A stretch of DNA of 64,000 nucleotides. It comes from an uncultured bacterium (lineage in GTDB: Bacteria > Actinomycetota > Acidimicrobiia > Spongiisociales > UBA5794). Every line of letters begins with the position of its first letter. Position 1 is the first letter of the stretch. Shown in pieces: positions 45,688-56,190 of the stretch. The notes below the pieces were generated by a model. It did not search any database and had not been told where the DNA came from. It worked only from the letters and a program-made list of their open reading frames with translations. Where the stretch lies: assembly GCA_963801165.1 (NCBI GenBank), contig CAWDDT010000010.1, forward strand, positions 128,001 to 192,000, in the 5' to 3' direction. Both the position numbers and the translations under genes were made by a program.

Positions 45688-46989
45688 ATGGACTTCAACC
45701 TGATGCTGGATGCGCTCGACGGGGTGGCTCGGGAGAAGGGCGTCCCCATCGAGACCATCCTCGACGCTCTGGCCAATGCGTTCGTCTCCGCATACAAGCG
45801 CACCCCGGGAGCGGCCGAGGAAGCACGTGTCACCATCGACGCCGATACCGGCGAGATAACTGTGTACGGCCAGGAGCTCGACGAGGACGGCAATGTGATC
45901 CGCGAGTGGGTGGACACTCCCGAGGACTTCGGCCGAATCGCGGTCCAAACGGCAAAGCAGGTCATCACCCAACGTCTGCGTGACGCCAAGCGCGAGCAGG
46001 TCTTCGACCTGTACGACGGTCGGGAAGGCGATCTCGTCACCGGGATCGTGCAGAGCTCGGACCACCGCTATGCCATGCTCGATCTGGGCAACGCCGAGGC
46101 CATCATGCCCGGCTCGGAGCGGATTCCCTACGAGCGTCTCGAACGAGGCAACCGGATAAAGGCATACATCCTCGAGGTGCGCGGTGAGGGGAAAGGCCCG
46201 CAGATCGTCGTATCGCGCAGCCATCCGGAGTTCATCCGCTCGCTGTTCGAGCTGGAGGTGCCCGAACTGGTCGATGGCGACGTCGAGATCAAGGCTATCG
46301 CCCGCGAGCCGGGGCACCGCACGAAGATCGCGGTCCTCTCCCACGACCCGAACGTCGACCCGGTCGGTGCCTGTGTCGGCGCCCGCGGTTCCCGGGTACG
46401 GCAGGTGGTCAACGAGTTACGCGGTGAGAAGGTCGACATCGTCGAATGGCGTGACGACACCAGGGCGTTCATCTCTGAGGCATTGAGCCCGGCGCGGGTC
46501 AAGGAAGTGCGTCTCGACGAGGGCGAGAAGATCGCAACGGTGATCGTCCCCGATCACCAGCTGTCGCTGGCGATCGGCAAAGAGGGGCAGAATGCGCGGC
46601 TTGCCGCACGTCTCACGGGATACAAGATCGACATACGGTCCGAGAGCCAGGACCTCGGCCTGGACATCGAGGACGAAGAGGTCGAGAACGAAGAGGTCGA
46701 GAACGAAGAGGTTGCGCCGGAGCGAGCCGATGAGGCTTCCGAGGGCGTCCCCGTGGACGAGCCGGCCGGTGCGGTCACCGAACCGGACGAACCGGGAGCC
46801 TCCGTGGAGACCCCGCTCGCGGTCATCCCTGAAGCTGTCGCCGAAGATGTCGCCGAAGCTGCGGTCTCGGCCGCAGATCCGGCCGAGCAGGAGGCCGTGG
46901 ACGAAGAGCAGATGGCCGAGGACATGAGCGAGGACATGAGCGAGGACATGAGCGAGGTTGAGACGGAATCGGACGATTTGGAGGTCTAG
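45688..46989 (+). CDS. nusA: Transcription factor NusA with acidic repetitive tail
   Basis: FGRIAVQTAKQ, AREPGHRTKIAV and LSLAIGKEGQNARLAA. Confidence 0.98.
   Translation: MDFNLMLDALDGVAREKGVPIETILDALANAFVSAYKRTPGAAEEARVTIDADTGEITVYGQELDEDGNVIREWVDTPEDFGRIAVQTAKQVITQRLRDAKREQVFDLYDGREGDLVTGIVQSSDHRYAMLDLGNAEAIMPGSERIPYERLERGNRIKAYILEVRGEGKGPQIVVSRSHPEFIRSLFELEVPELVDGDVEIKAIAREPGHRTKIAVLSHDPNVDPVGACVGARGSRVRQVVNELRGEKVDIVEWRDDTRAFISEALSPARVKEVRLDEGEKIATVIVPDHQLSLAIGKEGQNARLAARLTGYKIDIRSESQDLGLDIEDEEVENEEVENEEVAPERADEASEGVPVDEPAGAVTEPDEPGASVETPLAVIPEAVAEDVAEAAVSAADPAEQEAVDEEQMAEDMSEDMSEDMSEVETESDDLEV
46673..46957 (+). repeat. Two perfect micro-tandems in the nusA tail: 15 bp x ~2.7 (46673-46712) and 12 bp x ~3.4 (46917-46957)
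   Basis: ACGAAGAGGTCGAGA and CGAGGACATGAG units. Confidence 0.9.
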
Positions 46990-47021
46990 GGGCCTGCAAT
47001 ATGGGCATATGGAGGTGACAG

Positions 47022-49091
47022 TTGGCTAAGACGCGCGTATACGAGTTGGCACGAGACCTTGGGCTGGAGTCCAAGGACGTGCTGGAGCGCGCCCAGGATC
47101 TCGGGATCGATGTGAAGACCGCCTCCTCAGGTCTCGCGGACGAAGAAGTCCAACTGGTCACGCTCTCATACGAAGAAGAAACCGCACCCGAGCCGGCGCA
47201 GCCTGTCGCTGTGGTGGCGCAACCGGACCCCGAACCGGAACCGGAGCCGGAAGCACAGCCTGCGCCGGAGCCATCGGCGCCTGTTGCACCCGAGCCCGCA
47301 CCACCGCAGGAGCCCGGCGATGACAAGATCATCGCAGTTACACCGGGCGTGACCGTCTCTGAGTTTGCCACCGAGATCGGCGAACGAACCGGGACTGTCG
47401 TCAAGGAGCTCATGGGGATGGGCGAGATGGTTCCCGGGGGCGGCACCATCCCGCATCATGCCCTGGAGTCGCTTGGCAAGTTGTTCGGCTTCGAGGTTCT
47501 CGTTGAAGAGAAGGAAGACGACGAGACCGACACCGGCCCGGTGCATCACATGGTCGAGTACGAGGACGACCCGGCCAGCCTGGAGCCGCGACCACCTGTA
47601 GTCACGGTCATGGGTCATGTCGACCACGGGAAGACCCAGCTGCTCGACACCATCCGCAAGTCGAACGTGATTGCGGGTGAGGCGGGTGGCATCACCCAGC
47701 ACATCGGTGCCTATCAGGTAGAGCGCCAGGGATCCAAGATAACCTTCATCGACACCCCGGGTCATGAGGCCTTCACCGCGTTGCGCGCCCGTGGCGCGAA
47801 CGTAACCGACATCGCCATCATCGTCATCGCTGCGAACGATGGTGTGATGCCGCAGACGGCCGAGGCAATCGCCCACGCCAAGGCGGCGGATGTTCCCATC
47901 ATCATCGCCATCAACAAGATGGATCTCGCCACTGCGAATCCTGTCGGAGTGAAGGCTGCGCTGACCCAGCACGGTATCGTCGTCGAAGACCTCGGTGGCG
48001 ATGTCGTATCCGCCGAGATATCGGCACTCACCGGGGACGGGGTCGATGATCTCCTCGAGATGATTGCTCTGGTCGCCGAAGTCGAAGAGCTGAAAGCAAA
48101 TCGCAACGCCCCTGCAATCGGGACGGTCATCGAGAGCCGGCTCGAGGTCGGGCGGGGCCCGGTCGCCACCGTGATCATCGAGCGAGGCACACTCAAGGAG
48201 GGCGACGCCATCGTCGCCGGTGCCGTGCCCGGTCGGGTACGTGCCATGTTCGACGACCAGGAGAAGAAGCTGAAGAAGGCCGGCCCATCCACCCCGGTCC
48301 TCATCATGGGCTGGGACGACATCCCCGTGGCCGGTGACATGTTCGAGGCGGTCAAGAACGACCGGGCTGCCAGGAAGCTTGCCGACGAGCGCAAGTACGA
48401 AGAGCGCTCTTCGACCCATATTGTCCCAACGGCAACAGAGCGTCTCGAGACTCTTCTCGAGAATCTGCGCACCGCCGACCATGCCGAGCTGCGCATCATC
48501 GTCAGGGCCGACGCTACGGGCTCCCTCGAGGCGATCCGGGATTCGGTCAGCAAGATCACCCGCGAGGACGGCAAGGTGACCATCATCCAGGGCGCCGTTG
48601 GTGGAGTCACGGCCAACGACGTGATGTTGGCAGAGGCGTCCGACGCAATCATCTACGGTTTCAACGCCCGTCCCGATGCCGCCGCCCGCGCCGCCGCCAA
48701 GGATGCCGGCATCGACGTCAGGACGTTCTCGATCATCTACGAGTTGCTCGACGACATTGAAGGGATGCTGCTCGGAGAGCTGGCGCCGGAGGAGGTCGAG
48801 TCGTTCCTCGGTGTCGCAGATGTCCGCGAAGTGTTCCGGGCGCCGCGCCTCGGTCACGTCGCCGGGTGCTACGTGACGGAAGGCGAGATCAACCGGAACG
48901 CTCGTGCCCGTGTGGTTCGGGACGGCGTCGTGATCTACGAAGGCAAGATCATCTCGCTGCGCCGCTTCAAGGACGACGTCCCTTCGGTTGCCGCCGGGTA
49001 CGAATGCGGCATCGGTCTCGAGAACTTCCGCGACATCAAGGAAGGCGACACCATCGAGTCGTTCGAAGTGAGGGAAGTGGCGCGGGTCTAG
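47022..49091 (+). CDS. infB: Translation initiation factor IF-2
   Basis: [22 protein letters not shown] and NKMD. Confidence 0.98.
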   Translation: MAKTRVYELARDLGLESKDVLERAQDLGIDVKTASSGLADEEVQLVTLSYEEETAPEPAQPVAVVAQPDPEPEPEPEAQPAPEPSAPVAPEPAPPQEPGDDKIIAVTPGVTVSEFATEIGERTGTVVKELMGMGEMVPGGGTIPHHALESLGKLFGFEVLVEEKEDDETDTGPVHHMVEYEDDPASLEPRPPVVTVMGHVDHGKTQLLDTIRKSNVIAGEAGGITQHIGAYQVERQGSKITFIDTPGHEAFTALRARGANVTDIAIIVIAANDGVMPQTAEAIAHAKAADVPIIIAINKMDLATANPVGVKAALTQHGIVVEDLGGDVVSAEISALTGDGVDDLLEMIALVAEVEELKANRNAPAIGTVIESRLEVGRGPVATVIIERGTLKEGDAIVAGAVPGRVRAMFDDQEKKLKKAGPSTPVLIMGWDDIPVAGDMFEAVKNDRAARKLADERKYEERSSTHIVPTATERLETLLENLRTADHAELRIIVRADATGSLEAIRDSVSKITREDGKVTIIQGAVGGVTANDVMLAEASDAIIYGFNARPDAAARAAAKDAGIDVRTFSIIYELLDDIEGMLLGELAPEEVESFLGVADVREVFRAPRLGHVAGCYVTEGEINRNARARVVRDGVVIYEGKIISLRRFKDDVPSVAAGYECGIGLENFRDIKEGDTIESFEVREVARV

Positions 49092-49193
49092 GAGTGTGAT
49101 GAGGACTTTCAGTTCAGGCCCGACACCGTGGTCCGTAACCCGGGATCTGTTCGGTGTGGCGGCCCTTCCCGGTGATCGCCCCGCACCCTTCTA

Positions 49194-49487
49194 GTGCACG
49201 TCGCGGCGTTGCGTCTCGAGTTGAGAATCCGGGATGCCCATTCGCTCAAGGAGAAGCGACACGTGATCAAGGGCCTGTCGAGCCATCTCGCCCGCACCTT
49301 CAACGTTGCCGTGGCAGAGGTCGACCACCAGGATCTGTGGAACCGGGCGACGCTGGGCGTCGCCGTCGTGGCGCCTGATGCGTCACAGCTGGACCGTATC
49401 CTGCATTCAGTGCAGCGACATATGAGAGAGCGCACGGACGCCGAGCTCATCGGCGTCAGCGTCAGCTACCTGGAGAAGCCCGAATGA
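49194..49487 (+). CDS. DUF503 (YlxP-like) protein
   Basis: HSLKEKR, FNVAVAEVDHQDLW. Confidence 0.9.
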   Translation: MHVAALRLELRIRDAHSLKEKRHVIKGLSSHLARTFNVAVAEVDHQDLWNRATLGVAVVAPDASQLDRILHSVQRHMRERTDAELIGVSVSYLEKPE

Positions 49488-49864
49488 GCAAGCCGCCCTC
49501 GCCACGGATGCGCAAGGTCAATGAGTTGCTGCGCGAGGTCATCGCCGAGGAGACAGCTCAGCTCAAGGATCCCCGTATAGGCTTTCTCACCATCACCGGG
49601 GTAGATACGGCGCCGAACCTGCGCACGGCCCGGGTCTACTACTCGGTCATCGGAGACGACGACGAGCACAAGGCCACCGCAGCCGGACTGGAGAGCGCGG
49701 CGAAACGGTTTCAGGCGGCAATCGGGAGCCAGACCCGACTCAAGTACACCCCGGTGCTCGAATTCCGACTGGACACGTCCATCGAGGGCGGTTTCCGGAT
49801 CGACGACCTGCTCCACCGTCTCGAAGAGGAGCGCGAGGAACACGAGGAGCACATCCATGAGTAG
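49484..49864 (+). CDS. rbfA: Ribosome-binding factor A
   Basis: KDPRIG and LKYTPVLEFRLD. Confidence 0.95.
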   Translation: MSKPPSPRMRKVNELLREVIAEETAQLKDPRIGFLTITGVDTAPNLRTARVYYSVIGDDDEHKATAAGLESAAKRFQAAIGSQTRLKYTPVLEFRLDTSIEGGFRIDDLLHRLEEEREEHEEHIHE

Positions 49865-50816
49865 TCCACTGCAACAAGCTGCCGCTGCGCTGCGTGCCGC
49901 CGACACGATCGTGGCGATGGGTCACGTTGGGCCAGATGGTGACGCCCTCGGGTCGATGCTTGCGATCGCAGGCGCCGCCGCCGGCGCCGGAAAGCAGGCA
50001 TGCGCCACCTTTGGCGAGCCATTTGTGGTCGCCAAACAGTTTCGCTTTCTGGACACGTCGCTGCTCGTCTCGCCCGGCCGCGTCACGATGAATGCAGATG
50101 TGGCGGTGGTGGTCGACACGTCGGTTCCCGCACGATTGGGTAGTGCTCTCCCCATTGCACAGCGAGCAAAACAGGTCGTGATCCTCGACCACCACTTGTC
50201 TCAAGACGGTGAACTGGACGGCATCCAGGTGGTCGATACCACGGCGGGCGCCGCAGCTCAGGTCGTCTACAGGCTTCTCCAGGAGCTGCAGTGGCCGCTC
50301 ACCCCCGAGGTGGCAACTGCCCTCTATACCGGAATCGTCACGGACACCGGGCGGTTCCAGTACTCGGCGACGAGCCCCGAAGTTCACCAGATAACGGCCG
50401 CCCTGCTCGAGGCTGGTGTCGAACCGGCGCTCGTGGGTCGCCATGTTTACGAGGAGTCACCGTTTGCCTACCTCCATGTGGCCGGCGAGGTGATGCGCCG
50501 GGCACAGCTCGACACCTCCAAGAGGCTGGTCTGGTCGGTGCTCGCCATAGCCGACCTGGCAAGGGAGAAGCTCGACTACGAGGATGCCGACGGGTTGATC
50601 GACCTGCTCCGTATCGCCGAGGAGTCGGATGTCGCGTGTCTGCTCCGAGAAATCGGCGATGGCAAGTACAAGGGAAGTCTGCGGTCGCGCGGGCGAGTAG
50701 ACGTGAGTGCGATCGCCGGGCTGTTCGGGGGAGGCGGGCATCACAACGCCGCCGGTTTCGTCGCGACCGCAGACAGCGGTGCCATCATCTCCGCTATCCG
50801 GGATGCCCTGCCGTGA
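49857..50816 (+). CDS. nrnA: DHH/DHHA1 phosphoesterase (NrnA/c-di-AMP PDE-like)
   Basis: PDGDALGS, DHH, TDTGRF and GGGGHHNAAG. Confidence 0.9.
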   Translation: MSSPLQQAAAALRAADTIVAMGHVGPDGDALGSMLAIAGAAAGAGKQACATFGEPFVVAKQFRFLDTSLLVSPGRVTMNADVAVVVDTSVPARLGSALPIAQRAKQVVILDHHLSQDGELDGIQVVDTTAGAAAQVVYRLLQELQWPLTPEVATALYTGIVTDTGRFQYSATSPEVHQITAALLEAGVEPALVGRHVYEESPFAYLHVAGEVMRRAQLDTSKRLVWSVLAIADLAREKLDYEDADGLIDLLRIAEESDVACLLREIGDGKYKGSLRSRGRVDVSAIAGLFGGGGHHNAAGFVATADSGAIISAIRDALP

Positions 50817-51712
50817 GCGGTGAAGCCGGATTCCTGCTCATCGACAAGCCGGGCGGCTGGACGTCACATGACGTCGTGGCCAAGGTGCGCCGCATTCTCG
50901 GGATCAAGAAAGTCGGCCACGCCGGAACTCTGGATCCAATGGCCACGGGTCTCGTCGTCGTCGGTGTCGGCAGAGCCACCCGGCTGCTTCGCTTCGTCCA
51001 GGGAGCACCCAAGGAATACGTCGCCCGCGCCGTGTTTGGCGTGGCCACCGACTCGCTCGACGCCGACGGGGCGATCCTGGAGCGGACCGAGATGAGGGTG
51101 ACTCGGAGTGAGGTCGAAGCGGTGATGGCACGCTTCGTCGGGACGATATCGCAGGTGCCGCCTATGGTGTCGGCCCGCAAAGTCGGCGGGCGAAAGCTCT
51201 ATGAATTGGCGCGCGCCGGAATCGAGATCGAACGAGAAGCCCGCGAGGTGGACATCGAGAGTCTCGAGATGATCGACTTCGCCCCTCTCCCATACCCTGA
51301 GGTCACGTTCCGGACGGTTTGCGGCACCGGGACCTACGTGAGAACGCTCGCCGACGATATGGCGATCGCACTCGGGGGGCGGGCGCACCTGAGTGCTCTT
51401 CGTCGCATCCGCAACGGGTCCCTGCATGTGGACGACGCAAACACGATCGACGACGTCGAAAGGTCCGTCGCTGCGGGAAACAGGGCAGAGATCCTGCTGC
51501 CGCCACGCGCCGGACTTCCCGACCTCGCCGAGGTCGTCATCGGAGATGATCTGGCGGCAGGGGTCGCCAGCGGGTTGGCGTTTCCGTCGGCTGCCCTCTC
51601 TGACCGCGATCCGGGGCCTGGTCCGCTCCGCGTCGTCGGGAGTGACGGTCGGCTGATTGCGGTCTATCGCGTGGAGGAAGGCAAAGCCATGCCCGAGGTG
51701 GTTCTGGGATGA
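50813..51712 (+). CDS. truB: tRNA pseudouridine(55) synthase
   Basis: DKPGGWTSHDVV, GHAGTLDPMATG and GTYVRTL. Confidence 0.97.
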   Translation: MSGEAGFLLIDKPGGWTSHDVVAKVRRILGIKKVGHAGTLDPMATGLVVVGVGRATRLLRFVQGAPKEYVARAVFGVATDSLDADGAILERTEMRVTRSEVEAVMARFVGTISQVPPMVSARKVGGRKLYELARAGIEIEREAREVDIESLEMIDFAPLPYPEVTFRTVCGTGTYVRTLADDMAIALGGRAHLSALRRIRNGSLHVDDANTIDDVERSVAAGNRAEILLPPRAGLPDLAEVVIGDDLAAGVASGLAFPSAALSDRDPGPGPLRVVGSDGRLIAVYRVEEGKAMPEVVLG

Positions 51713-52626
51713 AGGTGCTGTCGGGCGACTACCGGGCGTGGCAGCCGCGCACCGAACCGGCGGCGGTGACGATTGGCGTTTACGACGGCGTCCATCTCGG
51801 GCACCAACGCGTGCTCGAGACGTTGCGGGATACCGGGCTGCCGGTGGTCGTTGTGACATTCCGCGACCACCCGATTCGCGTCATCGCACCGTCGTCTGCC
51901 CCGCCGTTGCTGACCACGACCGAGCAGCGTCTCGAGCTGTTCGAGAGCTGTGGGGTGGACACTGTCGCCCTTCTCGAGTTCGACGACGAGCTCCGGCGGC
52001 TTTCTGCCGAGGACTTTGTCGAGAAGATCGTGGTCGCGATACTCCGGGCGCGCCGTGTGGCGATTGGTCGCGGTTTCCACTTCGGCTACGACCAGCTCGG
52101 CGATGTGGCCCTACTGCGCCGGATGGGTGACCGCTTCGGATTCAGCGTCGATGACATAGAGATCCTGGAAGCGGGGGTGCCGGTGCGGTCGACGGTGATC
52201 AGGGCCCTGCTCGAAGCGGGGGACGTGGCTGCTGCCGACCGTATGCTTGGGAGGCCGTTCCGGCTGGAAGGCGAAGTCGTCCCGGGGGATCGGCGGGGCA
52301 GGACGATCGGTTTTCCCACAGCGAACCTGGCACCGGATCCAGAGGTGATCGTCCCCGGCTCGGGTGTATACGCTGTTCACACCCGCTTCGACGGCGTCGA
52401 GCACGACGGCGTCGTGAATGTGGGTAAGCGGCCGACATTCGGTGGGACCGCATCCGTCGTCGAGGCCCACGTGCTCGACTTCTCAGGGGACCTGTACGAG
52501 AAGGTGATCGCGGTCGACTTCATCGAACGGCTGCGAGCCGAGCGCAAGTTCGACGGCGTAGACGATCTCGTTGTGGCCATCCGCGCCGACATCGTCCGCG
52601 CCCGAGAGATCCTGGAGGGGACATGA
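51709..52626 (+). CDS. ribF: Riboflavin kinase/FAD synthetase
   Basis: GVYDGVHLGH, GRTIGFPTAN and NVGKRPTF. Confidence 0.97.
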   Translation: MKVLSGDYRAWQPRTEPAAVTIGVYDGVHLGHQRVLETLRDTGLPVVVVTFRDHPIRVIAPSSAPPLLTTTEQRLELFESCGVDTVALLEFDDELRRLSAEDFVEKIVVAILRARRVAIGRGFHFGYDQLGDVALLRRMGDRFGFSVDDIEILEAGVPVRSTVIRALLEAGDVAAADRMLGRPFRLEGEVVPGDRRGRTIGFPTANLAPDPEVIVPGSGVYAVHTRFDGVEHDGVVNVGKRPTFGGTASVVEAHVLDFSGDLYEKVIAVDFIERLRAERKFDGVDDLVVAIRADIVRAREILEGT

Positions 52627-53012
52627 CGGAGTTGCGAGTCGAGTCGGGTTCGCCATACGAGGAGCGATACGGATTCGTTCGTGGTCTCCGCCAAGGCTCC
52701 CGTGTGGAGATTGCGGGCACCGCTCCGATACCCGAGCCCGGCCGGGCAGTCGCCGATACCGCTTTTGCTCAGATGCTCAGATGCGGTGAGATCGTGGCCG
52801 GAGCTCTCGAGCAACTCGGTAGCTCCTGCGACGATGTGGTGCGGACGCGAATGTACATAACCGACGCCGCCGACGCCGACGAAGTGGGCAGGGCCCACGG
52901 CGAACTGTTTGGAGCCGCTCGACCGGTGGCAACCATGGTGGTCGTCGCCGCCCTCCTCGACCCGGCCTGGAAGGTGGAGCTCGAGGTCGAGGCGATCGCA
53001 ACGAGCCCTTGA
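52623..53012 (+). CDS. RidA family protein
   Basis: SGSPYE, DVVRTRMY and VELEVEA. Confidence 0.9.
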   Translation: MTELRVESGSPYEERYGFVRGLRQGSRVEIAGTAPIPEPGRAVADTAFAQMLRCGEIVAGALEQLGSSCDDVVRTRMYITDAADADEVGRAHGELFGAARPVATMVVVAALLDPAWKVELEVEAIATSP

Positions 53013-53086
53013 TCGCCCGGCGGCGGGTGCTTTTGTGGAGCAATGGCTAAGTTTGTCTGGAAACAACGCTCGACGAGAGGGGAACC

Positions 53087-55642
53087 ATGAAGCCGCTCGA
53101 GACCTACTCCGTCGTTCCCAAGCTGCCGCAGACGCTGGAGCCCCTTCGCCGGGTGGTCTATGACCTGCATTGGTCCTGGAATCATGCCGCCATCGGCTTG
53201 CTCCGGAGGCTCGACCCCGACCTCTGGGAATCTACCGGCCACAACCCGGTGCTCATGCTCGGAACGATCAGCCAGGAGAAGCTGGACGCGGCGGAGGTCG
53301 ACCCGGCGTTTCTGTCTCATCTGGACAGCGTTGTCTCGGAGTTCGACGACTACGCGGCGGCGAAGTCGACCTGGTACGCACGTGTCCACGGTCCCAAGCG
53401 ACAGCTGGAGGTGGCGTATTTCTCTCTCGAGTTCGGGATCACCGAGTGTCTCTCGATCTTCGCCGGCGGTCTTGGCATCCTGGCGGGCGACCACCTGAAA
53501 TCCGCCAGCGACCTCGGGATACCGTTGACCGGCATCGGCCTCCTGTACCAGGAAGGGTATTTCCGCCAACAGCTCAACGAGGCAGGATGGCAGCAGGAAC
53601 GCTACGAGCCCAACGACTTTCACAACCTCCCTATCTCGAGAGTCCGCGACGACGGGGGCAAGCCGCTGGCCGTTGTAGTCCCGTTTCCCGATCGCGACGT
53701 GGTGGCTCTGGTGTGGAAGGCTCAGGTCGGTCGGGTGGCTCTGTACCTGCTCGACACGAACCACGATGCCAATTCCGCCGAGGATCGTCGCATAACCGAT
53801 CAGCTGTACGGCGGCTCACGTGAGACAAGGATGAAGCAGGAGCTCATGCTCGGGGTGGGTGGTTTCCGGGTTCTCGAGAAGCTCGGTATCCAGCCCACCG
53901 TGTACCACATGAACGAGGGGCACTCCGCCTTTCTCGTACTCGAGTGGATCAGCCGGAACATGACGAAGCTCGACCTCAGCTTTGCCGAGGCAAAGGAAGC
54001 CGCCGCCGGGCTCGTGTTCACAACCCATACTCCGGTGCCCGCCGGGCACGACTACTTCTCTCCGGACCTGGCTGCGCGATATCTTGGTCACTATGCCGCG
54101 GAGTTCGGGATTTCCCTGGATGACTTCCTCGCCCTGGGCCGTCGCAACCCGGAGGATCGCTTCGAGGAGTTCTGCAACACCATCCTGGCGCTGGACACGG
54201 CGGCGTACGCGAACGGGGTGAGCAAGCTGCACGGCGCCGTCAGCCGGGAGATGTGGACTGAGTTGTGGCCCGATCATCCCGTCGACGAGATCCCGATCAC
54301 GTCGATAACCAACGGCGTGCACGCCAAGACGTGGGTGTCGCAGGACATGCGCGATCTCTACGATCGATATCTAGGCCCGCAGTGGCGCGAGGAACCTGGC
54401 GACGTCGAGCTGTGGAAACGGGTGCGCGACATTCCACCCGCCGAGCTGTGGCGGACGCGGGAGCGGAGAAGAGAGCGGCTCGTCGCCTTTGCACGCCGTC
54501 GTCTCCGCCGCTCCCTGGCGTCGCGGGGAGCGCCGCAATCCGAGATCGATATGGCAGAGGTCGTGCTCAATCCCACCGTCCTCACGATTGGCTTTGGGCG
54601 TAGGTTCGCCACCTACAAGCGTGCCGACCTGATACTCCGCGACATGGACCGACTCATCGAGCTGATGCAGAACCCCGAAAGACCGGTGCAGCTCATCTTC
54701 GCCGGCAAAGCTCACCCGGCAGACGACGGCGGCAAGGAGCTGATCCGGCGCGTCATCGACCTCACCCGGAACCCGGAGGTTCGCCGTCACCTGGTTTTCA
54801 TCGCCGATTACGACATGTCGGTCGCCAGAGCGCTGGTGCAGGGTGCCGATGTATGGCTGAACACACCCGTCCGGCCTCTTGAAGCGAGCGGAACCAGCGG
54901 CATGAAGGCGGCCGTCAACGGTGTACTCAACCTGAGCACTCTCGACGGGTGGTGGGACGAAGCCTATGAGACCAGCGTTGGTTGGGCGATCGGAAGGCGT
55001 GAGCCCCACCCCGACCCGGAAGAGCGTGATCGCTTCGAGTCGCATGCGCTCTACGAGCTGATCGAGCGTGACGTGGCCCCACTGTTCTATGACCGCGGTG
55101 TCGATGGGCTTCCCAGGGGCTGGCTCACCAAGATGCAGAACGCGATGTCCACACTGAACAGCCAGTACAACACGCATCGCATGGTCCGCCAGTACACCGA
55201 GCGCTACTACCTGCCGGCCGGTGACCGGCAGAGGTTGCTCGGCGGAGGCGACGGGTCCCGGCCACGCGAGCTGGCGGCATGGAAGACCCGGGTGCGCAGA
55301 GCGTGGCCCCGGGTTCGGGTCGTGTCGATATCGAGCTCCCGGGCGGGCGAGGTCGCGGTGGGGGACGAGATGACCGTCACCGCCGAGGTCAACCTGGCGG
55401 GGATGACTCCCGATCAAGTGACGGTGGAGCTGTATCAGGGACCGGTCAACCCGTCGGGCGACATCGTCGGTGGTGTGACGACGGTCATGGAGCCGAACGG
55501 GGGGTCCGGTGACGTCCATACTTTCCAGGCTGCGGTGGTCTCGTTTCTCACCAGCGGCAAGCATGGCTACACGGTGCGGGTGTCGCCGTACCACCCCGAC
55601 CTGGCGAATCCCCATCAGATGGGATTGATGCGATGGGGCTAG
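53087..55642 (+). CDS. glgP: Alpha-glucan (glycogen) phosphorylase
   Basis: AYFSLEFG, GGLGILAGD, HMNEGH, FATYKR and EASGTSGMK. Confidence 0.96.
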   Translation: MKPLETYSVVPKLPQTLEPLRRVVYDLHWSWNHAAIGLLRRLDPDLWESTGHNPVLMLGTISQEKLDAAEVDPAFLSHLDSVVSEFDDYAAAKSTWYARVHGPKRQLEVAYFSLEFGITECLSIFAGGLGILAGDHLKSASDLGIPLTGIGLLYQEGYFRQQLNEAGWQQERYEPNDFHNLPISRVRDDGGKPLAVVVPFPDRDVVALVWKAQVGRVALYLLDTNHDANSAEDRRITDQLYGGSRETRMKQELMLGVGGFRVLEKLGIQPTVYHMNEGHSAFLVLEWISRNMTKLDLSFAEAKEAAAGLVFTTHTPVPAGHDYFSPDLAARYLGHYAAEFGISLDDFLALGRRNPEDRFEEFCNTILALDTAAYANGVSKLHGAVSREMWTELWPDHPVDEIPITSITNGVHAKTWVSQDMRDLYDRYLGPQWREEPGDVELWKRVRDIPPAELWRTRERRRERLVAFARRRLRRSLASRGAPQSEIDMAEVVLNPTVLTIGFGRRFATYKRADLILRDMDRLIELMQNPERPVQLIFAGKAHPADDGGKELIRRVIDLTRNPEVRRHLVFIADYDMSVARALVQGADVWLNTPVRPLEASGTSGMKAAVNGVLNLSTLDGWWDEAYETSVGWAIGRREPHPDPEERDRFESHALYELIERDVAPLFYDRGVDGLPRGWLTKMQNAMSTLNSQYNTHRMVRQYTERYYLPAGDRQRLLGGGDGSRPRELAAWKTRVRRAWPRVRVVSISSSRAGEVAVGDEMTVTAEVNLAGMTPDQVTVELYQGPVNPSGDIVGGVTTVMEPNGGSGDVHTFQAAVVSFLTSGKHGYTVRVSPYHPDLANPHQMGLMRWG

Positions 55643-55744
55643 GACCGATCATGACGACGCTCCGGGTTGGCACGGCACTGCAGCGTGTTACAATCAGCCG
55701 TGGACGTTCGTCCGCGCTTTCTCTCCTCAGAAGGAAATCTCTGC

Positions 55745-56002
55745 GTGAAAGACACGAAGACGACAATTGAAGAACACGGGCTGCACGACTCTGACACGGG
55801 TTCGCCCGAGGTCCAGGTCGCGCTGCTCACCGAGCGCATCAGCCATCTCACCGAGCATCTGAAGGTCAACAAAAAAGACCACCACAGCCGTCGGGGTTTG
55901 CTGATGATGGTCGGTAAGCGCAGACGGCTTCTCAAGTACCTCAGGAACCAGGATGTCGAGAGGTATCGCAACCTGATCGCCAGTCTGGGACTGAGGCGAT
56001 AA
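55745..56002 (+). CDS. rpsO: 30S ribosomal protein S15
   Basis: [23 protein letters not shown]; GAAGGA RBS before GTG 55745. Confidence 0.97.
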   Translation: MKDTKTTIEEHGLHDSDTGSPEVQVALLTERISHLTEHLKVNKKDHHSRRGLLMMVGKRRRLLKYLRNQDVERYRNLIASLGLRR

Positions 56003-56011
56003 GAGACCTGC

Positions 56012-56160
56012 GAAGGTGGCGAGTATGCCGCCTTCTCCTGGCCTCACCGGAACGCAAGTTCCAACGGGAACCGACGGTTCCCGCGACAACAGGAGGGGTA
56101 AGCCCTCAGTTGCCAGTGGTCGGGTTTCAACCCGTCCGAAGCTCGACCACTGTCAATTGT
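56012..56160 (+). promoter_or_regulatory. Structured rpsO-pnp intergenic RNA including a long pnp-leader hairpin
   Basis: CAGTTG-C-CAGTGGTCG...CGACCACTG-T-CAATTG (56107-56159) plus three upstream hairpins. Confidence 0.6.
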
Positions 56161-56190
56161 GCGCTCTCCCCCCGAACTAAGGAGACGCGC

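Noticed and set aside
47166-48857. Long antisense ORFs (also opposite ffh, rpsB-tsf, glgP and pnp)
   Set aside because: Shadow frames expected from GC-rich codon bias; no recognisable motifs.
49092-49193. Hairpin ACACCG/CGGTGT upstream of DUF503 as an ncRNA
   Set aside because: Short pairing in GC-rich DNA; cannot be supported without covariation data.
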